From contig CAZLHI010000002.1 in assembly GCA_964559435.1 (NCBI GenBank), positions 1,168 to 65,167 on the forward strand: DNA of 64,000 bases. Reading direction: 5' to 3'. This DNA is from an uncultured bacterium. Its GTDB lineage: Bacteria; Armatimonadota; Hebobacteria; Hebobacterales; Hebobacteraceae. A program made the position numbers and the translations under genes. The notes below the pieces were generated by a model. That model was not told where the DNA came from. It did no database searches and saw nothing but the letters and a program-made list of their open reading frames with translations. Shown one piece after another: positions 30,640 through 39,925 of this stretch (within the stretch, counting starts at the first letter, position 1; each line of letters starts with the position of its first letter).

Positions 30640-31929
30640 GTGGAGAAGCTGGGGGAGGCGGTAGACCTCTTCGCGTGCTGCATATTCACGCTGAACGCCT
30701 TCACCATCGTGCTGCCGGCCTTCCTCGTGGCCGGCGCGCTCGTCGTCTTCGTGCCGAGCTACTCGGTGATGAAGTACCTCGGCGCAAAGGCCAACCGTAT
30801 CATCTCCTACGGCGTCGCGGCGGTCTCCGGTAACGTCCTTACGGTGTGTTCCTGTAACGTCGTGCCGATATTCGCCGGAATTCTGCGCCGCGGCGCGGGC
30901 ATCGGCCCCGCCTTCTGCTTCGTCTTTGCGGCGCCGGCCATACACATCGTGAACACTGCGTTCACATATCAGGTGATCGGCCCGCGTCTCGCACTGTGGC
31001 GTTTCTTCACGGTGCCAGTCATCGCGGTCGTGCTCGGGCTCATAATGGCGTCGATCTTCCGCAAGGAGGAGAAGCAGCGGCAGTGCGGAGCGCAGGGCGG
31101 GCCGGCCGTCTCACTGGTTGAGGCATCTGCGGAGCAAGCCAAGCGCGGTGAACTGTTCCTGGGGCTGCTGATCGGCGTGCTCATCTTCGGCGCGTGGATG
31201 CCGCTCGATGGGAATCTGCCGGGGGAGCTTGGTCAATACGCAAGGCTGGCCGGCGTCCTGGTCGCCGCCGCCGCCTTGACGCGCCTGGCGCTGAAGTGGT
31301 TCGGACGGGAGGAATCCAAGGAGTGGGGGCGCCAGACCTGGCTGCTGCTGCGCATGATCGTCCCCATCTTCGTCGTTTCCGTCATCGTGATCGCCTTCAT
31401 AGTCCAGCGGATCGATCTGAAGTGGATAATGCCGACTGCCGCCGACACGGGCGGCATTCGATTCGGCCATCCGCACGGCAACTCACTCCCTGCCGTGTTC
31501 ATCGCCTCCGTATTCAGCACGCTCATGTATTTCCCGATGTTGACGGAGGTCGCCTTCGCCAAGGGTCTGCTGCTTCGCTACTTCGCGCTGGGACCCTCGC
31601 TTGCTATCCTCCTCGGCGGTCCTGGGCTGAGCCTGCCGGGGCTCCTCTTAGTAAGCAAGGTGGCGGGCTGGAAGAAGATGATCATCTACTGGCTCATCAT
31701 GGTGAGCCTGATCACGCTCGTTGCTTTTGCCTTCGGATCGTACTACGGTGAATACCAGTGCTCGTGCCAGCGGCAGGGTCCCGGCTCGGAGGCTTTGGCA
31801 GACGCCCCCCCGATCGTCGGGTGGCTGGGGCTGGCGTGGTACGGCTTCTTGATGCTGTGGATCGCGGTGATGCTCGTAAGGGCGCGCTCCGGGCGGCGCC
31901 CCGCGGACGCGAGGGAGGAGGGAGCCTAA
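30640..31929 (+). CDS. predicted permease (DUF318/ArsP-like)
   Basis: TVCSC, RRGAG-x-GPA, GPGLSLP; many TM segments. Confidence 0.85.
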   Translation: MEKLGEAVDLFACCIFTLNAFTIVLPAFLVAGALVVFVPSYSVMKYLGAKANRIISYGVAAVSGNVLTVCSCNVVPIFAGILRRGAGIGPAFCFVFAAPAIHIVNTAFTYQVIGPRLALWRFFTVPVIAVVLGLIMASIFRKEEKQRQCGAQGGPAVSLVEASAEQAKRGELFLGLLIGVLIFGAWMPLDGNLPGELGQYARLAGVLVAAAALTRLALKWFGREESKEWGRQTWLLLRMIVPIFVVSVIVIAFIVQRIDLKWIMPTAADTGGIRFGHPHGNSLPAVFIASVFSTLMYFPMLTEVAFAKGLLLRYFALGPSLAILLGGPGLSLPGLLLVSKVAGWKKMIIYWLIMVSLITLVAFAFGSYYGEYQCSCQRQGPGSEALADAPPIVGWLGLAWYGFLMLWIAVMLVRARSGRRPADAREEGA

Positions 31930-31956
31930 GCCTGCACGATATCGAGCCCAAGCACC

Positions 31957-34665
31957 CTACTGCGCGCTCGCAGCCGGTTCCTCTGTTGGGCCGGCAAGCG
32001 CGGCGACGTATCCGCCCGGGTGCAGGAACTCTCCTGCGGCACCGTGCACCTCCTCGGCGGTGATGCCAGCGAGAATGTGAGGGTACTCGTAGGCGTGGTA
32101 GAGGCCGAGATCGTAGAACGCGGCCAGCACGAGTTCGCGGGCGATCCCGGCGTAGGTCTCCATTCTGCGCGCGACCGTGCCCTTGACATAGTCCTTCCAG
32201 AGCTGCAGCTCTTCCGCCGAAGGCTCCTCCTGCTGAATACGGCGAAGCTCCTCCAGCGCCGCCTGCAGGGCCTTGTCGGCGTTCTCTGGGTTGACGCCCA
32301 TGTGGAGCACCCACGGCCCGGGACCCCAGTATGCATAGTAGTAGCTGTACACGTAGTAGGCCAGTCCGAGTTCTTCCCGGATGTGCATGTTGAGCCGACT
32401 CATGAAGCTTCGGCCCAGCACGTAGTTCATAAGGTCGGCCTGATAGTACTCGGGGTGTCGTCGGCTGATGCCGGGAAATCCCAGCGCGATGTCCACCTGG
32501 GTCTTGTTGGGAATCGCCACCCGACAGGTCCGCGGCTGGCCGGGAACGTCCACCGCAGGCAACTCCGGCCTGGCGGGCTCGCCGAGCTGCTCCCATGGCC
32601 CCAGCGCCTTCCGGACCAGCGCCGCGGCCTCTTCCGGTTCGATGTCGCCCACGATTGCGAGAAGCGTGTTCTCGGGGCGATAGTACTGGGCATGGAAGCC
32701 GATGAGATCCTCCCGGGCGACGGATGAAACCGTCTCCGCCGTCCCAAGTCGCGGATAGTGGAAGGGGTGGCCCTCGGGGTAGAGCTGGGCGAACAGCTCC
32801 TTCTCGGCCACCTGGTGGGTGTCCTCATCACGACGCTGCTGTGCGGCGATCAACTCCGAGCGCACGTTCTCAAGCTCGTCCTCGGGAAAAGCAGGCGTCA
32901 TTAGCTGCTCGGCGGTTGCCTCGAGCAGCAGGCCCAGGTCTCCCTTCAGACAGCGTCCCGAGATCACCCCGACCTGCACGCCAGTGCCAAAAGAAAGCTC
33001 GGCCGCGGCGGTCTCCAGCTCCTCCCGTATCTCCTGCCAGGCCCGCCTCTCCGTCCCGCGGGATAGCATCTCGGCGCAGAAAGCGGCCAGGCCGGCCTTT
33101 CCCTCGGGGTCGAACACCGGACCGGCCATCACGTTGCCGTAGAGAGCGAGGAAGGGAGCGGCGTGGTTCACCTGGATCACCACGACTAGGCCGTTGTCGA
33201 GCTCCAGCCGATGAATCGGGGCCACCTCTCCGACCCTCGCCGGGGGCGGCACCAGCATGTCGAGGCGGCCGGCCGACAGTGATTCGTCCCTGCGATTCCG
33301 CCAATGGACATCTGTAGGCGCAGGACTTCCGGCGGGAGCCGCGCCGGAGGCCTCGGGTGTGGGAATCAGCCAGCCGACGGTTCGGTTCTCCTGAGTGAAG
33401 TACTCGCGCGCGACGCGCTGAATATCATCGGGGGTCACGGCCTCAACCTTGTCAGAGAATGTCTCAAGGTATCGGTGATCGTGAATTAGGTGATAATAGC
33501 CGATCTGCTGTGCGAGCTTCGTGACCCCGTCGGCGGAGTAGATGAAGTTGGCCTTGGTCTTGTTCTTCGCCTTCGTGAGCTCGCGCTCGCCGACGATCTC
33601 GGTCTGGAGTTCGTCTATGATCGTGTCGAACGCCGCCTCCACCTTCTCGTGCTCGACGCCGGGGCGGATTGCGACCTCGAATGCGAAAACCGTCGGCTCA
33701 GGGTTCTCGTATTGCCAGCCACCTGCCGTGGATGCGAGTCCGCTGTGAACCAGGGAGCGATAGACGCGACTGGTTCGCCCGCTGCTGACGATGTTCTGGA
33801 AGACCTCCAACGCCACATGATCGGGATGTTGGATCGGGGGCACTTCGTAGACGGCATGGAAGTAGGCCGTTCGCCCGGGGACCTCCAACGTGACTCTCTT
33901 CTCTCCGGTAGGGCCCCGCCCCGGGTTCGGCGCTGGTGGCGCGGTATCGTCGGGGCTGATTGGACCGAAGTACTGCTCCGCCTTCCTGAACACCTCATCC
34001 GCGTCGACGTCGCCGACGACAACGAGCACGGCGTTGTTGGGGGCATAGTGGCTTCGATAGTAAGACAACACCTCATCGCGCGTCAGCGAGCGCAGGTCGT
34101 CCTTGTCGCCTATCACCGTCCGGCCGTATGGCTGGTCGGGGAACTGCTGGGCCATCACGTCGCGCCGGAGCAAGAAGGCCGGATCATTCTCGGCGCCCTC
34201 GAATTCGGAAAGCACCACGCCCCTCTCGGACTCGATGTCCTCCGCCGACAGGACACAGCGAGCCATGCGCTCGGACTCTATGTCGAAGGCGAGATCGAGA
34301 GCGTCGGCCGGAAGCGTCTCGACATAGGCCGTATAGTCCATTGACGTGAAACCGTTGAGATAGCCGCCCTGGGCCGTGACGAGGCGGTTCATCTGCCGGC
34401 CGCTCAGCCGTTCCGTTCCCTTGAACGCCATGTGTTCCAGAAAGTGGCTGATCCCGGCCTGGCCGGCAGGTTCGTGCCGGATTCCAATGCGGTACCAGAT
34501 GAAGGACGACAGGAGGGGAGCAGAGTGGTCCTCCTGTACCAGCACCTCCAGTCCGTTGGCAAGAGTTCGCTGCTGGATGCCATCGGGATTGGCACTGGTT
34601 GAGCTGCTGGTCATGAGCACGATGACTGCTGTGGCGAGCAGAAGCGAGAAGGCTGTTCCGGTCAT
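31957..34665 (-). CDS. M16 (pitrilysin/insulinase) zinc peptidase, two fused halves, with signal peptide
   Basis: HFLEH (HxxEH) in the first half. Second half lacks the zinc motif and carries IREELGLAY. Confidence 0.93.
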   Translation of the reverse strand: MTGTAFSLLLATAVIVLMTSSSTSANPDGIQQRTLANGLEVLVQEDHSAPLLSSFIWYRIGIRHEPAGQAGISHFLEHMAFKGTERLSGRQMNRLVTAQGGYLNGFTSMDYTAYVETLPADALDLAFDIESERMARCVLSAEDIESERGVVLSEFEGAENDPAFLLRRDVMAQQFPDQPYGRTVIGDKDDLRSLTRDEVLSYYRSHYAPNNAVLVVVGDVDADEVFRKAEQYFGPISPDDTAPPAPNPGRGPTGEKRVTLEVPGRTAYFHAVYEVPPIQHPDHVALEVFQNIVSSGRTSRVYRSLVHSGLASTAGGWQYENPEPTVFAFEVAIRPGVEHEKVEAAFDTIIDELQTEIVGERELTKAKNKTKANFIYSADGVTKLAQQIGYYHLIHDHRYLETFSDKVEAVTPDDIQRVAREYFTQENRTVGWLIPTPEASGAAPAGSPAPTDVHWRNRRDESLSAGRLDMLVPPPARVGEVAPIHRLELDNGLVVVIQVNHAAPFLALYGNVMAGPVFDPEGKAGLAAFCAEMLSRGTERRAWQEIREELETAAAELSFGTGVQVGVISGRCLKGDLGLLLEATAEQLMTPAFPEDELENVRSELIAAQQRRDEDTHQVAEKELFAQLYPEGHPFHYPRLGTAETVSSVAREDLIGFHAQYYRPENTLLAIVGDIEPEEAAALVRKALGPWEQLGEPARPELPAVDVPGQPRTCRVAIPNKTQVDIALGFPGISRRHPEYYQADLMNYVLGRSFMSRLNMHIREELGLAYYVYSYYYAYWGPGPWVLHMGVNPENADKALQAALEELRRIQQEEPSAEELQLWKDYVKGTVARRMETYAGIARELVLAAFYDLGLYHAYEYPHILAGITAEEVHGAAGEFLHPGGYVAALAGPTEEPAASAQ

Positions 34666-34691
34666 GTCATTTCACTCCATGGCAACTTCGG

Positions 34692-35480
34692 TCATCCTGT
34701 GCGTCGCCGCATGCGAGCGCTCAGCACGATGACGAATACCGGCGCAACGACGAACACAGCTATACTCATCAGCTTCATCGCCCCCGGCGCCCAGGAGAGC
34801 ACCGCGATGACAGCGGCCAGCCCCCCCAGACCCGCGCCCATCCATAGAGCCTTGCACCACGGCTCGATGACGCGCAGGGCATGTCGCCAGGTCTCGATCG
34901 TTGAGTAAAGCCGGCCGCACTCTGGGCACATCGCTTCTTGGGGGGGACGAGCTGCACCGCAGCGCGGACACGACATCCCCTTCTGTGTTGCCCGCTCGAC
35001 TTCCGTCCTCATCTGCTCCAGCCAGTATCGCTCCTCCCTCAGGGAAGGGTCGAGCTGCAGGGCGGCCTCGTACTCCTTCGCGGCCAGCTCGTGCTCGCCG
35101 AGGCGACGATGGACGTCCGCAAGCAGGGAATGGGCGTGGGGATTGTCCGGGTAGTTTTCGATGGCCTGGCGGTATTTCGCGATCTCGACTTCGTTCAGCC
35201 GGTCCGTGATCGCATGATCCGCGTAGCGCCCGAGACCTCGAAGCAGCAGTGCCGTGCCGAACACTCCCGCCGACAGCACCAGAAGGCCGGGCCCGCCGTG
35301 GAGCGCGAGCGAGACAGAGAAGAACATTAGCACGAAAAGCCCAAGTCCGAGCACGACGGCTTCCCGCGCGGAGATACGCCGATCGAAGAGGGCCGAGAGA
35401 ATCCAGAATCCCCCCGCAAATCCGATCAGCGCGCACACCACAATCTTGAAGGTAGTGGCGAAGGCTTCCCCAAACGGCAT
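34692..35480 (-). CDS. membrane protein with TPR and zinc-ribbon motifs
   Basis: 3 N-terminal TM segments, TPR pair, CPRC...CPEC, 2 C-terminal TM segments. Confidence 0.8.
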   Translation of the reverse strand: MPFGEAFATTFKIVVCALIGFAGGFWILSALFDRRISAREAVVLGLGLFVLMFFSVSLALHGGPGLLVLSAGVFGTALLLRGLGRYADHAITDRLNEVEIAKYRQAIENYPDNPHAHSLLADVHRRLGEHELAAKEYEAALQLDPSLREERYWLEQMRTEVERATQKGMSCPRCGAARPPQEAMCPECGRLYSTIETWRHALRVIEPWCKALWMGAGLGGLAAVIAVLSWAPGAMKLMSIAVFVVAPVFVIVLSARMRRRTG

Positions 35481-35494
35481 TCTATGTGGTGCCC

Positions 35495-36358
35495 TCAGTC
35501 TGTGACGATGGGACGGCCGTCGATTGCGAGCAGCTGGACCTCGAATGCCACCCTCAGATTGGCCAAGATGTCGAACGCCTCCGTCGTTCCGCCCAGGTCC
35601 AGCGAAGTTGTCGACTCGGTGCGCAGATCCATCTCGCCACTGTGGCTCAAGGCGAGTCCTTTCTCCACAAGGAGTTGCAGCTCCGATTTGTCAGTCGAAC
35701 GCCCAGTCAGGTCCGTCTCAAGCCCAAGCGCTGGACTCGCCTCTCTCAGCGCCAAATCAGCCGATTTGCTGCTGGAGATGCGCGCAATCGTCCCCGCCGC
35801 CATCTCCGACAGCGACACGAGTTGATTCACCTGGTGCGCGCCGCCAGCGTCGGTCTGCCACGTGTCTCCTGGCTCCACTCTGTACGCCGGCAAGATGACG
35901 AACTGCGGCTGCGCGAGCAATGATAGGAAGGCTCGCGCACGAGGCCCCGCGGCTTGTTCGCCTGTTGCCACCGACACGTCGAGCAGTTCCCCGCGCGGGG
36001 TCATATGTACGTGTACCGCGGGCCAGTTGGGCGGCATACCGCCGGCGAGGTTCCCCGTATGATCGGTCACCTTCAGGAGACGTCCCTCCACTCTCAGCCA
36101 GAGCGTTTCGTCGATGCTCTTCGCAATCACTTCCTCGACCATCTGCAGCTCCGCCCTCCAGTGCACGGGCAGGCGCTCTCCGAGGCTTGTTTGCTCTCCT
36201 CGCACATCCAGCACCATGCGGTACTCGGCCACCTGTCCGAGCGGGCGATCATATCGTAACTCAAACCCAGCGCGGGCCGCCGGGGCTTCGCTTGGCTTGG
36301 GAAGGCCGGGACAGAGGAACGCGGACGAGACGGCCAATACAGCTATCAGGGAGATCAT
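35495..36358 (-). CDS. hypothetical secreted protein
   Basis: ATG overlaps the mrdA stop (ATGA); signal peptide; beta-rich sequence. Confidence 0.7.
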   Translation of the reverse strand: MISLIAVLAVSSAFLCPGLPKPSEAPAARAGFELRYDRPLGQVAEYRMVLDVRGEQTSLGERLPVHWRAELQMVEEVIAKSIDETLWLRVEGRLLKVTDHTGNLAGGMPPNWPAVHVHMTPRGELLDVSVATGEQAAGPRARAFLSLLAQPQFVILPAYRVEPGDTWQTDAGGAHQVNQLVSLSEMAAGTIARISSSKSADLALREASPALGLETDLTGRSTDKSELQLLVEKGLALSHSGEMDLRTESTTSLDLGGTTEAFDILANLRVAFEVQLLAIDGRPIVTD

Positions 36359-38151
36359 TGGCGTGATTCCCCGGATGCAACACGACCATCCGCGATCTGC
36401 TGCGGTCTGCCCCATGGAGGTCGCTCAGCCGCGGGCAGAAGGGCTGTATCGAAGATGTAGCGAGCAATGGGCGCCGCGACCTCGCTGCCGTTGCCACCGT
36501 GCTCGACGACAACTGCCACAGCCAGCCTTGGATTCTCCGCCGGAGCATAGCCCCCAAACCACGCATGAGGTCCGCCGCCGGGAGCCTGCGCCGTGCCGGT
36601 CTTGCCAGCTATCTTGTAGCGGTCTGTGGCTATCCGGGCGCCCGTCCCCCCCGGGGCGACCACCGCCTGCATTCCAGCCTGCAAAGCCCGGATGGTAGCC
36701 GGCCTCAAGTCAGCAGAGCGTTTCGCCGCGTCATACGTAGGTGCCGACTCTCCCTCAATACGCAGAATCACGTGGGGCTGCACGCGATAGCCGCCATTTG
36801 CCACTACTGCCATCTCGCGCGCGACTTGGAGTGGCGTAACAAGGCAGTCTCCCTGTCCGACTGCCATCTGGCATGTGTCTCCTGGGTACCAGGGCTCGCG
36901 GCGGCTCGCGCGCTTCCAGTCAGGCGTCGGGACCAGGCCTTCGGACTCCTCCGGAAGATCGATATCACATTCGTCACCCAGCCCGAACCGGCCCGCCATC
37001 TTGGCCATTGTTTCCGGCCCCACACGCCGACCCAGGGTGGCGAACATCGCGTTGCACGACTGCGCGAACCCTCTCATGAAGCTGAGCTTGCCGTGGCCGC
37101 TACGCTTCCAACAGCGCAGCCCCCAGGACCCTATGCGGTACACACCATCACAGTGGAATCGCTCGCTCGTGGTGCACTGACCGGCCTCGAGCGCGGCGGC
37201 GGCCGTGACTATCTTGAACAGAGAGCCCGGCGGGTACTGCGCCGTGGTCGCCCGGTTGTGCTGGGGGTGGTCCGGGCCGCTCAGCCGGCGCCAGTCCGCT
37301 GGGCTCAAAGGGCCGACGAACAGGTTCGGGTCGTACGACGGACTGCTGGCCAGGGCCAGTATCTCTCCGGTCCGGGGATCCATCGCCACCACTGCCCCGG
37401 GGCGATTCGCCAGGGCTTCCTCGGCCGCCCGCTGGAGGTCGAGGTCCAGCGTCAGCCAGATGCTTCGCCCGGGCTCTGGGTCCACAGTGCCGAGAGTCCT
37501 GATCCTTCGCCCGCGCGCATCGACCTCGACCTGATCCCCGCCGTCGATCCCTCGGAGCACATGCTCGGCAACCTTCTCGACCCCAGCCTTTCCGATGAGA
37601 TCGAGCGGTCGATACGCGACGTTGTCCGGCCGGCGCAGTTCCTCGCTGCTGATTTCCCTCACATATCCCAGGACGTGGGCGGCTAGCTGTCCTTCGGGGT
37701 AGAACCGCACGGCGTCGGCCAGCACGCCAACGCCGGAGAAGTAGAGAAAATGCTCCGCCAGCCGGGCAACGACGTCCTCAGGGGCGTCTCGGCGAAGTAC
37801 GACAGGCTCGTGTCGCGAAGTCCCCCGACGGTGCAAGTGTGCCAACAGGTCGTCTTTTGGCAGGTCCACGAGCCTGGCCAGCTCTGCCAGCGGGTCGTCG
37901 GATCCAGGAACGGCCAGCTCCGCGGGGACGACGGTGATCGAGAACGATGGCCGACTCGTGGCCAGCACGCGCCCCTGCCGGTCGCATATGTCGCCACGTG
38001 GAGCCAGACGCCTCACTATGCGGATCCGGTTCTCGTCAGCTAGCTCGCGGTTGCGCTCACCCTCGATTATCTGAAGCTGCACGAGACGAGCCAACACCAA
38101 AGCACACGCGATTACAACCAAGACGCGGAACGCGACAAGGCGCTGCCCCAT
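36355..38151 (-). CDS. mrdA: penicillin-binding protein 2
   Basis: RGDICDR, GKAGVE, SxxK (SLFK), SCN, KTGT. Confidence 0.93.
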   Translation of the reverse strand: MGQRLVAFRVLVVIACALVLARLVQLQIIEGERNRELADENRIRIVRRLAPRGDICDRQGRVLATSRPSFSITVVPAELAVPGSDDPLAELARLVDLPKDDLLAHLHRRGTSRHEPVVLRRDAPEDVVARLAEHFLYFSGVGVLADAVRFYPEGQLAAHVLGYVREISSEELRRPDNVAYRPLDLIGKAGVEKVAEHVLRGIDGGDQVEVDARGRRIRTLGTVDPEPGRSIWLTLDLDLQRAAEEALANRPGAVVAMDPRTGEILALASSPSYDPNLFVGPLSPADWRRLSGPDHPQHNRATTAQYPPGSLFKIVTAAAALEAGQCTTSERFHCDGVYRIGSWGLRCWKRSGHGKLSFMRGFAQSCNAMFATLGRRVGPETMAKMAGRFGLGDECDIDLPEESEGLVPTPDWKRASRREPWYPGDTCQMAVGQGDCLVTPLQVAREMAVVANGGYRVQPHVILRIEGESAPTYDAAKRSADLRPATIRALQAGMQAVVAPGGTGARIATDRYKIAGKTGTAQAPGGGPHAWFGGYAPAENPRLAVAVVVEHGGNGSEVAAPIARYIFDTALLPAAERPPWGRPQQIADGRVASGESRQ

Positions 38152-38154
38152 CTC

Positions 38155-38649
38155 TCAACTCACCTCTGCGCTTCGCCCGACCAACGCCTGCCGAGCGCGC
38201 AACACCAGCCAAAAGGCAATCGGAGTAAGGACTGCGTGATACACCATGCGCCCCAGCACCAGCCTTCCGGCGCCGGCCCACATGCTTCGCCCGGACAGCA
38301 CGAGAAACACCACCTCGTTTGCCACCGTCAGCAGGCCGCCAGCGACCGTGGGCACGAGCCAGTTCTCCCGGAATAGCTTGGTGCCGAGCAGCCCGGCGGC
38401 GAGCCCGCTGGCCCCCTTGCTGATGGACAAAGGCGCCGTCATTGATTGGTGCAGCGAACCCTCCAGGATTCCCGAACCAAAGCCGATGGCCATCCCGGCC
38501 CGCGGCCCGCCGAGAAGACCCGCGCAGACGGTCCAGACGAAGAGCAGATCCGGCGGAACCCCTGCCAGACTCAGCCGCGCGCCCAGCGTGGCCTGAACCA
38601 CGGCCAGTACGCAGGTGGCAACCACCCCAGCAAGAATCAGCTGCGCCAT
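38155..38649 (-). CDS. mreD: rod shape-determining protein MreD
   Basis: Hydrophobic protein of about 164 aa with PDL and GFGSGILEG; directly upstream of mrdA. Confidence 0.82.
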   Translation of the reverse strand: MAQLILAGVVATCVLAVVQATLGARLSLAGVPPDLLFVWTVCAGLLGGPRAGMAIGFGSGILEGSLHQSMTAPLSISKGASGLAAGLLGTKLFRENWLVPTVAGGLLTVANEVVFLVLSGRSMWAGAGRLVLGRMVYHAVLTPIAFWLVLRARQALVGRSAEVS

Positions 38650-38735
38650 AAGGGCCTTTCGATGCCGGTTGAAGCAGGCTGTGTGGATAGGTTCCACATT
38701 TGCGCTGCACCCCCCTCCTGAGTCCTGCCGTCCGG

Positions 38736-38768
38736 CCAAAGCAACAGGGCGGAGCAAGCTCCGCCCTG
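38736..38768 (-). terminator. intrinsic terminator hairpin
   Basis: CAGGGCGGAG-CTTG-CTCCGCCCTG followed by TTGCTTT on the minus strand. Confidence 0.65.
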
Positions 38769-38869
38769 CTCGTCGCGGGAGATGAGTGACCTCGTCTCCC
38801 CGTCTGCTACTGTCGCCGACCTTCGCCGCTCAGTCCGATCGATTCCTCCGCCGCGAAGGCAGAGTCGTG

Positions 38870-39061
38870 TCAGTCCGCAACGATTCCCGTTGTCTGCGTG
38901 TCCGTCCCCCGACCGGACCGCGTCTCTGATCCTGTCCGTTGGGCCTCGAGGTCCCGGCGTCTGAAGGACTGGTCGATCTGCTCGTGCCAGCTCAGCACCG
39001 CCTCCTCGTAGGAGCCCCGTGCGGGAAACCAGCCTACTTCGTTGCTGCGCCCTCTGTCCAC
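38870..39061 (-). CDS. possible small protein (63 aa)
   Basis: AGGAG, 8 nt, GTG; lies between a TTGACA promoter and a terminator; no recognisable family. Confidence 0.35.
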   Translation of the reverse strand: MDRGRSNEVGWFPARGSYEEAVLSWHEQIDQSFRRRDLEAQRTGSETRSGRGTDTQTTGIVAD

Positions 39062-39209
39062 GCTTGTTGCTCCTGAGCCCCTAGCCCGAGGCTGGTAGGA
39101 TTGGATCAGCACAGGTGGGAACAAAGACATCGTTCGCCGTGGTAACCCAACAGATTTGCCCCCTCGTCGGCGGTTCGCCGCCGCCCCGCCTCTGCCGATT
39201 CCAGGTGCA

Positions 39210-39239
39210 AACATACAACAGCCGCCCCGCCTGTGTCAA
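39210..39239 (-). promoter_or_regulatory. putative sigma70 promoter
   Basis: Minus strand TTGACA (39239-34), 18 nt, TATGTT (39215-10). Confidence 0.5.
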
Positions 39240-39388
39240 TCTAAACTTGCCAGGTGACAACCGATCTTGTTCACAACAGATTACATGGCTCAGGTCCTCA
39301 TGGCGAGTCCCGTTCTCAGCCTCACAAAAGCAGCGGACCCCCTCGCGAGGGCCCGCGCAAATCGACTGCTCTCTTTGTTCTCGGCGAA

Positions 39389-39787
39389 CTACAAATCGCT
39401 TTCCGGCAGGGGCTGCCTGTAGTACACTTCTTGCCTGAGAATGCGCCCCGTCTCTGTGTCCAGCAAGACATATCCCTTGACCAGTTGGGGCCAGACCACA
39501 GGCTGGTTCATGACGTCCAACCCCACTCGTCTCGTTACCGCAGTTACGTAGCCGTCAACGGAATAGCGGCCGATCTTTTCCCCCGCCGGGTTCACCGGCT
39601 GCTCTAGCACCTGACCCTTCGAGGTGATGAGCCTGCCGGTCGCCGTATCCAGCACCAAATCCGGCACGGCCACCTGAAATCGACCGACGTCATCCTCCTT
39701 CTCCTCCTCGGCCACGCCGCCGGCAATGCCATACCCAAGAAGAGCCACGACCGCGAGGACTACGACTGCCGCCCCCAATACCTTCAT
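39389..39787 (-). CDS. small secreted hypothetical protein with an internal repeat
   Basis: Signal peptide; LDTATGR and LDTETGR repeats. Confidence 0.7.
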   Translation of the reverse strand: MKVLGAAVVVLAVVALLGYGIAGGVAEEEKEDDVGRFQVAVPDLVLDTATGRLITSKGQVLEQPVNPAGEKIGRYSVDGYVTAVTRRVGLDVMNQPVVWPQLVKGYVLLDTETGRILRQEVYYRQPLPESDL

Positions 39788-39925
39788 AGCTCGCTCGCCT
39801 CTCTGCACTGGGATCTCCTTTCTCGCCGCACTCATGTGCAATATACCATATGTGGTTCCCTGTGTCGTGCCGTGGAAGGGACAGGGCCAACACAGCCAGA
39901 ACCCCCTATCCTCGTGACGCGACCG

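Noticed and set aside
30640-31929. Permease with two CSC motifs as a possible arsenic or selenium system
   Set aside because: No in-frame UGA and no arsR, thioredoxin or other ars genes nearby; substrate cannot be inferred.
38691-38700. AATGTGGAAC (minus strand) upstream of both mreD and the zinc-ribbon gene (52544-52553), a possible ECF -35 element
   Set aside because: Only 10 bp with no shared -10 element; compatible with chance.
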